DNA of 62,873 nt, filler included, from Octopus bimaculoides (GCF_001194135.2; 3 parts of 3 records of this genome joined end to end with filler, not necessarily neighbours in it), one strand, 5' to 3'. Shown: positions 25,126 through 38,963, numbered from the whole stretch's first letter. Program-made: numbers and translations. Notes: a model not told the origin generated them from the sequence alone.

Positions 25126-28100
25126 ATGGTCGTTAGCCTCATATCAAACCTGATAAAGTAGACTTTAGACTTTTTATATTATCAAAGACACTCCATCCAT
25201 GACCATCATATCTTGCTAACAATTCTCCCAGTCCACTGCCTTAACAACAACAACAACAACAACAGCAACAACAACAATAATAATAATAATGCATTGAAAT
25301 TTTGGCACAAGGCCAGCAGGTTTGCAGGTGGGGGGTAAGTCAATTACATCAACCCCAGTCTTGACTGGTACTTACTTATATTAGCCCTGAAAGAAAGAAA
25401 GACAAATTTAACCTGTTCTGTCCTTGACTCTGTGTCTTATATTTCAACCCTTCACCTCCTAAGCGTAAAGCCATCTCTCTTTTGGGTCTTGCAAGCTGTA
25501 TGGCAGCCTCACTAGTGCTGGTGGGGACACAAAACAAAGCACTCGATGGTTGATGTAAATAGGTTAGCATCAGGGAGAATATCCAGCCATAGAAACCATA
25601 CCAAAGTAGGCAATGATGCAGGCCTCGACATCATCAGATCCTGTCAAACCATTTAACCCATGCCAACGTGGAATGTGGACTTTGATGAGTGGTGCTGATG
25701 ATGATGATAATATTGAACCACATGGTTCCGAGTTTGATCCAGCCATGTGATCCACTAGACAATTGTCTTTTCCTAAGGCCTCAAGCTGACCAATACCCCG
25801 AGAGGCAGATCTTGATTGACGGAAACTGAACAGAAGCCCTATATGTATCTGTTTCTTTGTCACCAATGTGAAGACTGTAAATATTGTTGAGAAAACTGCA
25901 AAACAAAACTACAGCTGTTTGATTGAATTACGATAGTTGGTGGCCAGCGTGAAATTCTAGGTTATTCCCTTGTCACTCTTGCCATCAAATTAGCAGTAAA
26001 CTATTGTTTGGTTTGTTGGAAACTTGTCATCAGTGACACTGTTGCTCACCAATCACAATACACACAAATATATATATATGTATGTATATATATATATTGT
26101 ATATATGTGTATATATGAATATCTATGATGTATTACTATTCAAGCCATTCTCTCCTTATCAGGAATATAGTGATGTATCGAATTGTTTGCTCTGCTGTCC
26201 TCTCCAATTTTAGTTCTTCCAAAGTACGAAGCCATACATTTTATTTCACGTTAGTTGGATGTACAACTAATTAAAGACGTACAGTGTGTTAAAAAAACTT
26301 ACACTGGTTTATTGTTTAGCCTTCCATTATGTAGTCCTTTACTTAACATCATATGATCATATGACAAGCATTTGAGATAATACAAAGAAATTTCTTCTTC
26401 TCCAGATGTGAAAATTAATACTATGGCGCCAGTAACTAATTTATCAATTCTCAAATGGAAATATTTATGATTGATGCTTTACTCTAAAATATTAATTCTG
26501 TTATTTCTTTAAAATTTCAGAATAATTTTGCAATGCTTTTCTCCTTGCTTCAAATTAATAAGACTTCATTTTCTTTCCAAATCATTCTTGTCCTAAATTG
26601 CAGTGAAGAATTCAGATATAATTTTAGTTTTTTTATCTTATCTACCATTCTAGTGTTTGCCTCATTCAGTAAAAAGATATTCCAACTAATGCATAACACT
26701 CACAGCATTCAACATTTCATGATTTTTTTTTCTTTATTTTGTTCTTTCCTTTCTTTTTTTTTTTCTGCTGTAGAAACTTTTCTCTCGTTTAACATTACAT
26801 TCGTGTTTTTTCTCCCACCGGATTTAAACCAACACCTTCCATATCTCTTACATGTAATACTGAATCACCAAAACCTGTCTCTAGCTTTCATGTAGAACCA
26901 AATCAACATTTGTCATATCTCATATACTGCACTAAACCAGTATTCAACTCTCTCTTTTTCCTTTTCCTTTCTCCCCACTCTCTCTCTCTCTCTCTCTAAA
27001 CAGCATGCACTACTATTTAACCTTTCATATCCAGCCTTCATCCACACTCAATCTGGACTCCCCATGCACACATCCACTGCACCATCACCACCCCCACTTC
27101 TATGGACAAAAGCCTTGAAATATTATCCAATGATAACTTGATCACACATTCTCCTTCAACAGATATAATTACAACCAATATTTAGGAGGTATTCTAACAT
27201 TACATATTCTATATACATATATGCAATATTCTGCTAAAAGCCTTACAGATGCTACAACTGCTCAGCCTCGCAATCTCTGCTGATATTCCATGCTGACTTC
27301 TTTACATAACACTAGAAGAAAAAGCCATCTCCAAAGCAGTCGCCCTCAGGGCAATCTTTTTTTTTTTTTTTTTTAATTTCTTTTTATCTCTCATTTTCAT
27401 TTTATATATTGATATATCTTCTTTCCGAAACTCAATTGTGTATTACTTACACAATTATATTCTTACATATGACACTCTCTCTCTCTTATATATATACACA
27501 CATACACATATATACACATATATATACCTCAATGTGTGTGTGTATATTTCTTCATATTAACATGTCTTTCTACATGTAGATATTCTTAGGTGTGTAGGCA
27601 TTTCAGATTCCCTCTCACAGTCTATATCCCTCTCTGTTTATCACACACACACACACACAGAATAACAGCATATAACTCATATCTATCCCCGTTTCTCTCT
27701 TTCTCTCTCTCTACACACACATGCACACATAGGGAATAGATGAGAAGGTAATCACAGACAAGTGATGTGACAAATGAGGTGTAAATTATGAAGGATAATG
27801 GTCTAAAGAGAGGGACAGATGGTATAAGAAAAGGTATGATGTGTGAGTGACGTAGGATGAGAAGTAATTCATGTGACAGGGCTGGGAGGAATACCTTGTA
27901 GCAGGAGTTAGACAATCATCATTATTTCATATACTTAGATGTATGAATACAATCATATTTAACTCTTTTATGTACAGGACTGGTTGCGTGTCATTTTAAA
28001 ATTCATAGGCTTGCTATTCTAGGCTCGAAAATATTTTAGCTCTAATCATAGCAAGTACCTTGGCAAAGTTCACATGCAAGCCATGCTAAGAATGATGTTT

Positions 28101-28499
28101 ACATATCAGAAATGCTGCTGCTGTTACTACTGCTACTACTATAACACAAGGAATCATTGTAGACCACACTTCTTAATAAATGGGTCATCCTGTTGATTGA
28201 CATATTCGTTCACCATTGCATTCTGCAATCACTGACCGATATGTGTGTTACTGCTCTTTGCTTGTGTTGTTGCCGCAGTAACTGTCACTTTGTACCTCTC
28301 AACTTAGAAGCTGCACACTGCTGCCCAATGAGTCAATCAACCTGCTAGAAATAGAAGTGACATATTCTTCAAATCACTGTTTTGAATACAAGGAAATGGT
28401 ACGAAGGGTAATTTAATTCCAGGATATACTAAAAGAGATGGTCAAGGGTGAAAGCTCTTGCATTAACCCCCTTTGTTGTAACATCTCTGTTGAAATATG

Positions 28500-29530
28500 C
28501 AGCCTTTGTGTGGTATGAAGTTTGCTGCCAACCACGTCGTTTCAGGTTCAGTCCCACTGAGTTGATATTTTGGACAAGTGTCTTTTAATACAGCCTTCAT
28601 CATCATCATCATCATCATCGTTTAACGTCCGCTTTCCATGCTAGCATGGGTTGGACGACTTGACTGAGGACTGGTGAAACCGGATGGCAACACCAGGCTC
28701 CAATCTAAATTTGGCAGAGTTTCTACAGCTGGATGCCCTTCTTAACGCCAACCACTCAGAGAGTGTAGTAGGTGCTTTTATGTGTCACCTGCACGAAGTC
28801 CAGTCAGGCGATACTGGCAACGGCCACGCTCAAAATGGTGTCTTTTATGTGCCNNNNNNNNNNNNNNNNNNNNNNNNNNNNNNNNNNNNNNNNNNNNNNN
28901 NNNNNNNNNNNNNNNNNNNNNNNNNNNNNNNNNNNNNNNNNNNNNNNNNNNNNNNNNNNNNNNNNNNNNNCTTTGCCCAGGCTATCCTTATTCTAGCAGC
29001 TACACTTTCAGCGCACCCACCCCCACTACTAACTTGGTCGCCCAGATAGCGGAAGCTATCGACTACCTCTAGTTTTTCACCCTGGAATGAGATAGAAGTT
29101 GTTTCCAGTTTGTTTACAGTCTTTATTGCACCTGAACATCTGCCACAAACAAAAACTAACTTCCTAGTTAACCTGCCTTTGATGTTGCTGCACCTCTTAT
29201 GTGTCCATAGCTTGCACCGGGTACATCTTATAGAGTTACTACCTACTCCTTTTCTACATACTGAGCAGGGCCATCTACCTGAAGGGGATTGTGTTTTATC
29301 TACCTTCCTACTTATTAGTATCTTCCTGAGCTGATCAAAGTCATGTTAGTGGATTTGGTAGACAGAAACTGAAAGAAGCCCATCATGTGCATGTGTATAT
29401 GTGTGTGTGAGTGTGTGTGTGTGTTTGTTCCCCACCGCTACTTGACAATTGGTGTTGATGTGTTTACAGCCCCATAGCTGAACATTGGGGGGGGGGAGGT
29501 CAAATGTAATTGGTTTATCCCACCACACGA
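28500..29530 (+). mobile_element. Family A SINE split by the RTE insertion (pieces about 28500-28596 and 29325-29530)
   Basis: Left piece ends CAAGTGTCTTTTAATACAGCCT; right piece resumes GAGCTGATCAAAG...GTGGATTTGGTAGACAGAAACTGAAAGAAGCCC as in intact copies. Confidence 0.7.
28597..29322 (-). mobile_element. 5'-truncated RTE-clade LINE with Cys-rich insertion in RT, interrupted by an assembly gap
   Basis: Open frame ISRK...WPCSVCRKGVGSNSIRCTRCKLWTHKRCS...FVCGRC...LEVVDSFRYLGDQV...ARIRIAWAK; 3' (CAT)n tail at 28597-28620. Confidence 0.9.
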
Positions 29531-31904
29531 AATTGCTGGCCTTGTGCCAAAATTTAAAATTATTATTGTTGTTGTTATTTCATAGACTTGAGACATCTCG
29601 CTCTGTTGCTGTATACTTGCAGGTTAGCTCTGATCAAGCAGATGCATGACTCACAGGCAGTACGCCAAATGGCTAGATGCAATTCCCATATCTATTATCC
29701 TATACCATAATCTTCTGACTGCAGACCTGCTTCAACACTTAGACTTACAGCAGTCAATATTCCATGGGGTACAATGTGACAGTCACCCCACACTGTGTTA
29801 TTTCTCTCCACTGCCTGGCCTATTTCTTTATGCCTGTAAGTTCCAGTGCTATCTACAGCAGAAATGGATTAGGACAAGATGAATTTAGAGCATGAGCGTG
29901 AGTGTGAGTGAATGTCGATACAGTTTAAGACTTATGTTACAAATTACAACCATGTGTTCTAAATATTTACTAATCCAGCTACTTTTAAAATGGCTGAATA
30001 TAAAGGCAAATCTCTCCTGACTGTATAAAATAGTTGGTGGGAGGAAATATGGTTGCATGTCTGGGATGAGAATGGTGATCAGTTAATGGAAATTCCGGCT
30101 TGTTTATATTCTTCAGGGCATCAACCTGTAACTGAATTTTCATTGCATTTCTTTCTCCTGTCAGCGCTCTTCTAAAAAAAGCATCGGGTGCCGTTTCACG
30201 TATGTCTGCTTGTAGGAAACTCTTTCCCGTCACAGTTTATTTCTAGTTGACACATTGCACTCAACTAATTTCTATGGAAATGTCCACTTACTTACACAAC
30301 TTTCAAGAAAATGGCAGCATTAGAAAAATATAAGCCATAAAAAGAAGGAAAAAAAAATTACATATCCCTTAATGAATAGACAAACCAAAAAAGAACATCT
30401 TCACTTCCATGTTTAAGAGGCGTTTATAGTCTGTAGAATTTATAGTCTATAGAATTTATTCATTTCTTTGTTTTTACAACTTGAGTATTTTCTTTTTATT
30501 TGGAACTGAACAGGAATTTCATCAGTTAAAAGGCCTGCATAGTCTTTTGATTTCTCCTTTCGTTTAAGCAGAAACCAATTTATTTGTATCGTATATCATG
30601 CCAGATAACATCTTTTAAGACAGGTCAGATAATTCATTATCCTTCTTAAAAATCTTGATTTGCAATTATCTGTAAAATCCAATTTAATGGCTATTCTTTT
30701 AGGTAATATATATTTTTGTATTTATTCACGTTTTCTTTTTATTATATTAGTAATTGAAAAATAAATCTTTTTGTTTTTAAAATTGTTTTTGATGTTTTTC
30801 TACCATTTCAACCATTAAGATTGCACTAGTAGCGGAATCAGATAATTCACCAATATAACATTAATCAGAAAAATCTCTTGTTAATTCTTCAGAGATGATA
30901 GGCTTGATGTAGTGACCTATTCTTATTTTATAGTTAAGAAAACAGTTAGAGTGATTAGGTAATCTCAGTGTAAAGTGTTTTCTTCTAAATGCTTTCAGTT
31001 TAACAATTTTAAAATCATAGAACTTATTAAAAACTTCCTCTCATTGAAGACTGCGCTGTGACATGGAGCTAAAACAAAAAAATGCTTGATAAATGAAAAA
31101 TACATTACCTTCAAATCAGACAGTTCTTCTTTGAGAAAGTCAATAATGAAGAACTAAATACTGATAAGCAAATTTTGGTTAGAAGCTGTGAGAAAGGAAG
31201 AATATCATTTGGAAGAAGATGCACAAAATGAGAAACCAACCCTTTGTGATGCCATTTTCTGGTTTCATACAAGAAAATGGTGCACATTTGAATAGAGAAG
31301 TAGTGATTTTAAATCAAGATTTACATTAAAAGATTAGGCAGTTGAAGTAGATTAATTACTAGATTACACAATAAAACAATGGCTTAGAAAGTTTAGAAGG
31401 AAGTAAAATGGAATTAAATCTGAAGGTTGAACATAAAGTTTAAACTAGATTAATTTTGTGGCCGAAGAAGGAGAGACAAGAAAGCATTCAATATCTCACA
31501 GAACAGCGTGAATCTGTTTGAATGTTACACAGCCTCGTTTCAGGAAAAACCAAGTCTTTGAGAAAAGAGTGGCGTAAGAATAATTGGGATATATTTTCAG
31601 TACGAGGTTATGAAGATGAAAAATGGGGACTGGTAGAGGGGGAGGGGTAGTATTTACTATCATCATGATAAAAAAATTACAAAATAGACTGACCAAAGAG
31701 AGATTATTCAGGAATTGGTGTGCAAGGCATTTAGGAGTCTTGTTTTTTGGAAAATTGTGGGATTTTCAAAATTAATTCCCTAATTTGCTGATGGATTCTG
31801 GTTTAAATATGAAACAAAGCTGTTGAAGATATCGTCAATGACTGGTCTTTAAACAGAATTATCAAGGGCTACAAACTCAAATGTGATGAACTATAAAAGG
31901 GCCA

Positions 31905-32150
31905 GTGTAAGGATCATAATAACTCTAATAATTGTAAAGATCATCATAACTGTAATACTTGTGAGGATTATAGCTGCATTAATTGTAAGGATTGTAATAA
32001 ATGTATTGTAAGGATCACAACAAATGATTGTAATAATCATTAGAGTGTAATAATTGTAAGGATTATAATAAATGTATGGTAAGGATCACAGCAAATAATT
32101 ATGACAATCATTAGAGTATAATTATTGTAAGGATTATAACAGCTGAAAGT
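31905..32150. repeat. Degenerate about 27-bp tandem repeat (TTGTAAGGAT(C/T)ATAA core)
   Basis: About 8 recurrences of the core motif. Confidence 0.7.
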
Positions 32151-32821
32151 GTTATGGGAGAGTCACAAAAGGAAAACTGGCATCTAATCCAGTATATCAC
32201 ATGCTATGGTATAGTAAGCAGTGAAGGTGGTCATCATTCTCTTTGAGTGACGGGTTACAGACAATGACGCAGGTCAGTTATTCCAATATGTGTCAGGTGC
32301 AAATAAGACTTCTGAGGAAAGATTTCCTGGTAGAAGACATTTTGTTGCATCTTGTCCAGAAAGTATGGTGACCTACCATCTGTTCTTGATATGTCCATAG
32401 TTGTGACTCTCCAAGAAACTTAAACATTCTAGCAATATTTTATTCATTGGAGAAAAGAAATATAAGCAGTGATAATATTTGGTATGTGTTAGGATGAGAG
32501 AGAGATTTTTTGCCTTGCATGGAAAAAAGGAGCAAGTTGGTGACAGGATGAGCATCCAACCATAGCAAAATCTCTTGTTATGAATTCTGTCAGATTTATA
32601 TGCAAACATGGAAAAAATAGACATTAAAACTATGATAATGATGATGATGATGACGATGGTGATGGTGATGGTGATGATGATGATGATGATATTTAGCATG
32701 GAGTTATGCTGCAAGAAATACAAGTTTATACAGATTTATACAATTATTTTTACTACCATAACAATAATGATAATATAATAATAATAATAATGATAATAGT
32801 AATAATAATAATAATATAATA

Positions 32822-32857
<36 letters not shown>

Positions 32858-33259
32858 GCATTAAATACATCGATGATAATGATTGTATTTCTCTTTGATT
32901 AAAAGCCGAGCTGAAAATCAAAGGTTTTAGCATCATTACATTAAATAAATGCGGAATCTGGATTTCGGAATATGATGAGGAATAAATTGATGTAAGCAGA
33001 TTTTCATAGGATTTAAAATGAACTTCGGAAAACGTGAAACAAAAAACAAAAAAAAAAAAAAAGAAACCCTCTCTGGATGTTAGTTGCCAATTATAAATTG
33101 CAATTTTGACAAGTCACTGTGGTATCATTTAAACTGTAACAAATAGATGGAAGAATTCTCTTCTGAGTTCAGGTAGTGCAAACGGATAGCAGTCACTCAT
33201 AGATTAATTAACAATGCATTAGATAATTGAACTCATGTGTGTGTGTAAAATATATATAT

Positions 33260-33473
33260 TTTCTTTCTTTTACTTGTTTCAGTCATTTGACTGCGGCTAT
33301 GCTGGAGCACCACCTTTAGTCGAACTAATCGCCCCCTGGATTTATTCTTTGTAAGCCTAGTACTTATTCTGTCGGTCACTTTTGCCGAACCACTAAATTA
33401 CGGTTCCATAAACACACCAACATCTGTTGTCATGCAAAGTGGGAGGACAAACAGACACACAAATACATATATA

Positions 33474-33523
<50 letters not shown>

Positions 33524-33678
33524 ACGACGAACTTCTTTCAGTTTCCATCTACCAAATCCATTCTCAAGGTTTTGGTCAGCCCAAGGCTATAGAAGACACT
33601 TGTCCTAGGTGCCAAGCAGTGGGACTGAATTTGGAACCATGCGATTGGGAAGCAAGCTTCTTACCACACAGCCACTCC
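33260..33678 (-). mobile_element. Family A SINE, near full length, internal (TA)n
   Basis: Colinear with 45226-45673. Confidence 0.88.
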
Positions 33679-34303
33679 ATACTCTCTATATGATAAGAAG
33701 TTTGCTTCTCAACACTGTAAAGTGGCTGGTGTTTGAAAGTGCATCCAGTAATGAAAACCTTGCCAAAACTGACCTCACCTGTGCTTGTGCAACATAAAAA
33801 GCACTAAGTCCACTCTGATGAGTGGTTGATGTTAGGAAGGGCATCCTAAAATCCTGTCAAAACAGGTGCAGAAGTCTGGTGCAGGCTTCTGCTCAGCCAG
33901 CTTCTGTCAAACTGTTCCCACCCCACACACATACATATATGATACATATACATCTACGTCTGCATGCATGTGTTTGCAAGCAGTGGTGGGCGACAAACAG
34001 ACAAACACATACACACACTCATGATGGGCTTCTTTCAGTCTCCATCTACCAAACCCACTCACAAGGCTTACGTCAGCTCGTGGCTATAGCAGAAAACTCT
34101 TCTCCAAGGTGCCACGCAGTGGGGCTGAACCCAGAACCAGGTGTTTGAGAAACAAATTTCTTACCACATAGCTTTACCAGTGCCTAAAAAGTGACCAGCA
34201 AGCTGCTACAAAGAACTGAACAGTGTATCTCACAAATACAGGCTGATAAATAGATTTTAGAATATAATTTTAGAATATAATATGGGTCCAAAAATCAAGG
34301 TAT

Positions 34304-34561
34304 ATTTTCCCTTCCATTTGATATTCGTAGTTATTTCTGCAAATTCTAAAATTTACCTTGATTTTTGGAAATTTAAAAGTGTTTTATTGAGGATTTTGCT
34401 CATATTTCAATCAATTATCTCAGATTTTAGAATATGATTGCTTAAGATATGAACAAAAATCCTCCATAAAACATTCAAATTTCCAAAAATCAAGGAAAAT
34501 TTTAGAATTTGCAGGAATATATAACTATATTGAACTACAAATATGAAATGGAAGGGAAAAT
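34304..34561. repeat. Imperfect foldback inverted repeat (MITE-like)
   Basis: Arms of about 120 bp: TTTTCCCTTCCATTT...CTGCAAATTCTAAAATTT.CCTTGATTTTTGGAAATTT and their reverse complement. Confidence 0.8.
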
Positions 34562-35459
34562 AAAACTGACTTGGACAGACAATAACTTGTATGAAAGTAA
34601 TGATGTGATAATTTTTAAGATGAAAGCAGCTTTTGCAGAAATTTTTGTGAATATTGATCAGGTAGAAGCCATAGCAGCCAGCTTAGTTTGAATAGAAAAT
34701 CAGGAGAATATCATTGTCAATGATGTTTGGGATATCATTTACATCTATAATTCCTCATGTAACTTCACTAGTTTTGGTCAAGCAAATTGGACTCAATGAG
34801 AATAACTACAAAGAAAACAATATTTTTCTATTTGGCTCCCGACCAATCTTCATATGCATGTTAACATTTCTGATGCTAGTGAAACGATGTGAATATCCAT
34901 ATATTAGTACAAAATACAGGCTAGGAGGGTGGTTATGTGGTGAGGGGCAAGCAGAATGAGTTGTGGTTCTGATTTATTTCTGAAATTTATTGATACATAA
35001 ATTTTAATAGGCAAGAGTAAGGGGTTGGAAAAATGCCATCAGGCTTACTACTAAGTGTGTAGGTCTCCTGGGCAAAACCCAAAACTGCCTGCCTCAGTTT
35101 ATCTAACCAATTACAGATCCCACTCCTTTGTCAAATTTGAGGGATTTGCAACACTTTATTATTGTGATATACTAGAAATAGGAACACAATTTCCCTCAAA
35201 TCACACCATTCTGTCTTAAGATGAGGAAAGTTATAAGATAGAAAATACCATTTCTTAGATTATAAACACTTATAAGAAAGTAGCATTTTTNNNNNNNNNN
35301 NNNNNNNNNNNTATATATATATATATATATATTAATAAATTATAGGGTGGCAAAGAAAATTTTAGAAATTTTATTTACCACCAGTGGTCTAGCGAGAGTA
35401 AAAACAGTCAATAGACTATGTATTATTCATTAGAAATGCAGAGACGCCTATAATAGGAC

Positions 35460-35743
35460 ATCTACTCGCTAGAAATAGCAGCAAAAATACTACATACCAC
35501 AAAAGTTAGGGATAATTTCGAAAGGAAATGAAAAATAAAAACTTTTACCAATCTATATTCTGTACCATGGTTTCAAGTCAATTTTAGTAAGATAAAGATT
35601 ATAATCTTTATCTTACTAAAATTGACTTGAAACCATGGTACAGAATATAGATTGGTAAAAGTTTTTATTTTTCATTTCCTTTCGAAATTATCCCTAACTT
35701 TTGTGGTATGTAGTATTTTTGCTGCTATTTCTAGCGAGTAGAT
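35460..35743. repeat. 284-bp perfect palindrome with no spacer, built from a Penelope-like terminal fragment
   Basis: Centre between 35601 and 35602 (ATTATAAT); arms are reverse complements; each arm holds a hammerhead 3' half. Confidence 0.9.
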
Positions 35744-35767
35744 AGATAGATAGATAGATAGATAGAC

Positions 35768-36140
35768 AGGTGTGGTAAGTAGCTTGCTTACCGACCACAT
35801 GGTTCCGGGTTCAGTCCCACTGCATGGCACCTTGGGCAAGTGTCTTCTACTATAGCCTCGAGCTGACCAAAGCCTTGTGAGTGGATTTGGTAGACGGAAA
35901 CTGAAAGAAGCTCGTCGTATATATGTATATATATATATGTGTTTGTGTGTCTGTGTTTGTTCCCCCAACATCGCTTGACAACCAATGTATTTACATCCCT
36001 GTAACATTAGTGGTTCAGCAAAAGGGACTGATAGAATAAGTACTAGGCTTACAAAGAATAAGTCCTGGGGTCAATATGCTTGACTAAAGGTGGTGCTCCA
36101 GCATGGCCGCAGTCAAATGACTGAAACGAGTAAAAGAGTA
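35768..36140 (+). mobile_element. Family A SINE
   Basis: TGTGGTAAGTAGCTTGCTTACC...GGTTCAGTCCCACTGC head and shared 3' body. Confidence 0.88.
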
Positions 36141-37586
36141 TATATATATATACATATACAACCATGTTTGCATCTCTGCAACCTGTACTTACTAGTTTTG
36201 TCTGAAGACTTACACACCACACCACACACACATACACACAAATACACACACACACACACACACACTCATGCTTTCAGTTCATTTTTGAATATCTGTGATA
36301 CTTTGCCTTTGAATAAGGTATTACATCATTCCTGTTACAAATATTATAGACAACCAAAACTGAAGAACACACATATGCACACAACTTAAGATCAATAATG
36401 GTGCAGATTCCATTTCATTGAGAACTGGTCTGATTGCTGCCATTGTTCCAAGTTCAAACATTCAGTGTATTATCTAACATTAATTTGCTTTTTTTTTCTC
36501 AGGTTAATTAAACATTTACATCATTAAAGTCACTGTCCTCTTCCCCCAACCCTATCCCCCACCCTTGCTCATGTCTTCATGTTACAACACTTCAGCATCC
36601 TGTGCTACTAAAGCAAGCAATAATAAGAAGAATCCCTTACAACCATGACCACTTCATCAAACCCTGACAGAACCTTCATTTGAAACAACTAAATCTCCCT
36701 TAAATTATAACCTACTGTCTTTTAAAAATAAGGAGTAGCAGCCAAATGTCCCTCAAATAATATTCTATTCTTTCAAAATGAGGACACATTGGATAATGAA
36801 CTTTGCAGCCTGAGGTGGGGAGAGGCAGGAAGGCCACAGCTGGTATAGCCTTTATCATAGGGGGCTGCTTTCTCACAGAACCCACTTAAACAGCTACAAA
36901 ACTTTGTTTGCCTTCTTCACCCTGAATCTACCCCTCAACCTTACCCATAACCCCAACAACCAGTGGATTATTTTAAATTTGAGAAGCAAAAAAATTCCCT
37001 TGAAATCTGATTGTTTTATTGTTCTGGGTGCAAATGCTGAAAATGGTTGGCATTCATATGGTTTTCTTTTCTTTTTTTTTTTTCGATTCTGGGGAAGGGT
37101 TCACCAAGTACCTGAATCATTCCAGTACATGTACCCCCTCCTTCACTGCCTGTTAAAAAAACAAAAAAAAATGTTGAACTTCATTATTATAGAACTAATG
37201 TAACAATAACAACACTAGGAACCGCCATCATCACAATCATCATCATTATCAATACCCAGACCGAAACTCAAATTGAGATATTGTAAATTTGAACTTTAAA
37301 AAATAAATATATAACAATTGAAAACTTGGTGTATAAAGCCACCTACATATAAATATATGTGTGTGCTTGTGTGTGTATATATATATATATACAGATGTTT
37401 ATATATGTATACATATATTTATATAGAGGTTTATGTATCAACTACAAATAGATTTTTTTCCATTATTTTTTGTTCTAGAAAGAATTAAAGATAATTTTTA
37501 AAAGTTATAAAAGAAAAAAAAAATTCTGCAAATCCCTGTCTGTTTCCTGTGTTTATATATGTCTATATATGTTTTCATAATCTTAC

Positions 37587-37806
37587 CTTGTGTTGGGTAA
37601 GGAATATTTTTTTAAAAAAATTATATATTTAAAGATAACAGCAAGAGAAACAAAAATAACACTAGTAAACAGAGAAAACAAAACCAATTTTTTTGAAAAG
37701 AAGCAACCAATAAGAAGCAAGCAATCTCTTTACTGCTTGGAAAATAATGTATCTTAATGAGCATGGAAAACAGAGGCTTAGCAAGTAGGTCTGCCAGAGA
37801 GTTTGT
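37587..37806 (-). other. Candidate non-coding exon
   Basis: Acceptor CTTCCTTTTCTACCTACAG, donor CAAG|GTAAGA; all three frames closed. Confidence 0.4.
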
Positions 37807-38963
37807 CTGTAGGTAGAAAAGGAAGCATTGAAAGTCCTGTGTGTATTATCTGACAACAGGGAATTGTTCAACCAGTAGCAGGCAGGATAGAGAAGTTCTT
37901 CACATCATAGAAAAGCAGTGCTAATAGCATGCTTTTTATAACAACAAACACTGCATCTTCTTCTATTCATTTTTATATTTCCTCTGGCATCTACAACACA
38001 CTTTGCTGCTGCTGATAATGCTGGTTCTTGTGTGTGTGTGTGTGGGGGGGGGTTATTTATTTACTTATTTTTTGATTTTTAGTTTTTTTGGTTTTTGTTT
38101 TCGTTTTGTTTCATATTTCATTTTTATATTCCCTCTAAATCTTTTTTTTTCTTTTTCATTTCTCTCCTGCTTCATTTCTGCTACCACCACCTCTCTCTCT
38201 CTCTCTCTCTCTCTCTGTATATATGCATATTATATAAATGCACGTGTGTTTGTATGTCTGTCTGTGTGTATGTATGTGTATATATATATATATATGCATA
38301 TATATATGTATATATCTATATCTATATATATATATATATATATAAAGAGAATGAGAGAGAGAGTGCGTGGGAGAGGGAAACACATGTGTACACTTCCTCT
38401 GTACACTTCCTCTCTCTCTCTCTCTCTCTCACTTTCTTTCTCTCATTCTCAACTACAAAGAGAGTGCTCAATAATACATATTTAAAGTCTGCATTCATTA
38501 TGCTTCGGCTGATGATTCACTGTAGTTTCCTGTCACATGTGGCCTTTCAGGTTACATCTGTATGCAAGACGTGTATATACCCACATGTGGACAGCAGTAT
38601 GCATGCATGTGCATATGTGTGTGTGCATGCCTGCATGAATATATGTTCATGTGTGCATGTGTGAAGATTCATGGCCTAGTGGTTAAAGAGCTGCGCTCAC
38701 AATCGCTGGATTCTGGGTTTGATTCCCAGACTAGATGATGCATTGTGTTCTTCAACAAAACACTTTGTTTCATGTTGTCTCACTCCACTTAGCTGTAAAT
38801 GGGTAACCCTGCAAAGGACTGGTCTTCCAATCAGGAAGGAATGTTGGTGGGACAGTATCGTCTGAAAACGAAAACAATGTTATGTGCATGATGCATAACA
38901 AGAACGACAGCCATAACGCTGGTCGATCACAATATATATTGTTTAAAATAATATATATGAACG

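Noticed and set aside
26150-26250. Tc1/mariner-like C-terminal peptide RTLEELKL on the minus strand
   Set aside because: Single short motif with no TIR or catalytic residues found.
28664-28688. CTGAGGA-CTGGT-GAAAC-CGGAT hammerhead look-alike
   Set aside because: No stem II or stem I; the sister copy near 3460 reads GCAAC instead of GAAAC. Chance match in an RTE 3' UTR.
30150-30245. BTB/T1-like peptide INCDGKEFPTSRH..KRHPMLF
   Set aside because: Needs a frameshift within 15 residues and the similarity does not extend; too short to support.
31109-32431. Putative minus-strand coding exons MFKFLGESQLWTYQEQM and FFIIDFLKEELSDLK
   Set aside because: Acceptors are weak; the stronger acceptor near 31185 introduces an in-frame stop; no recognisable protein results.
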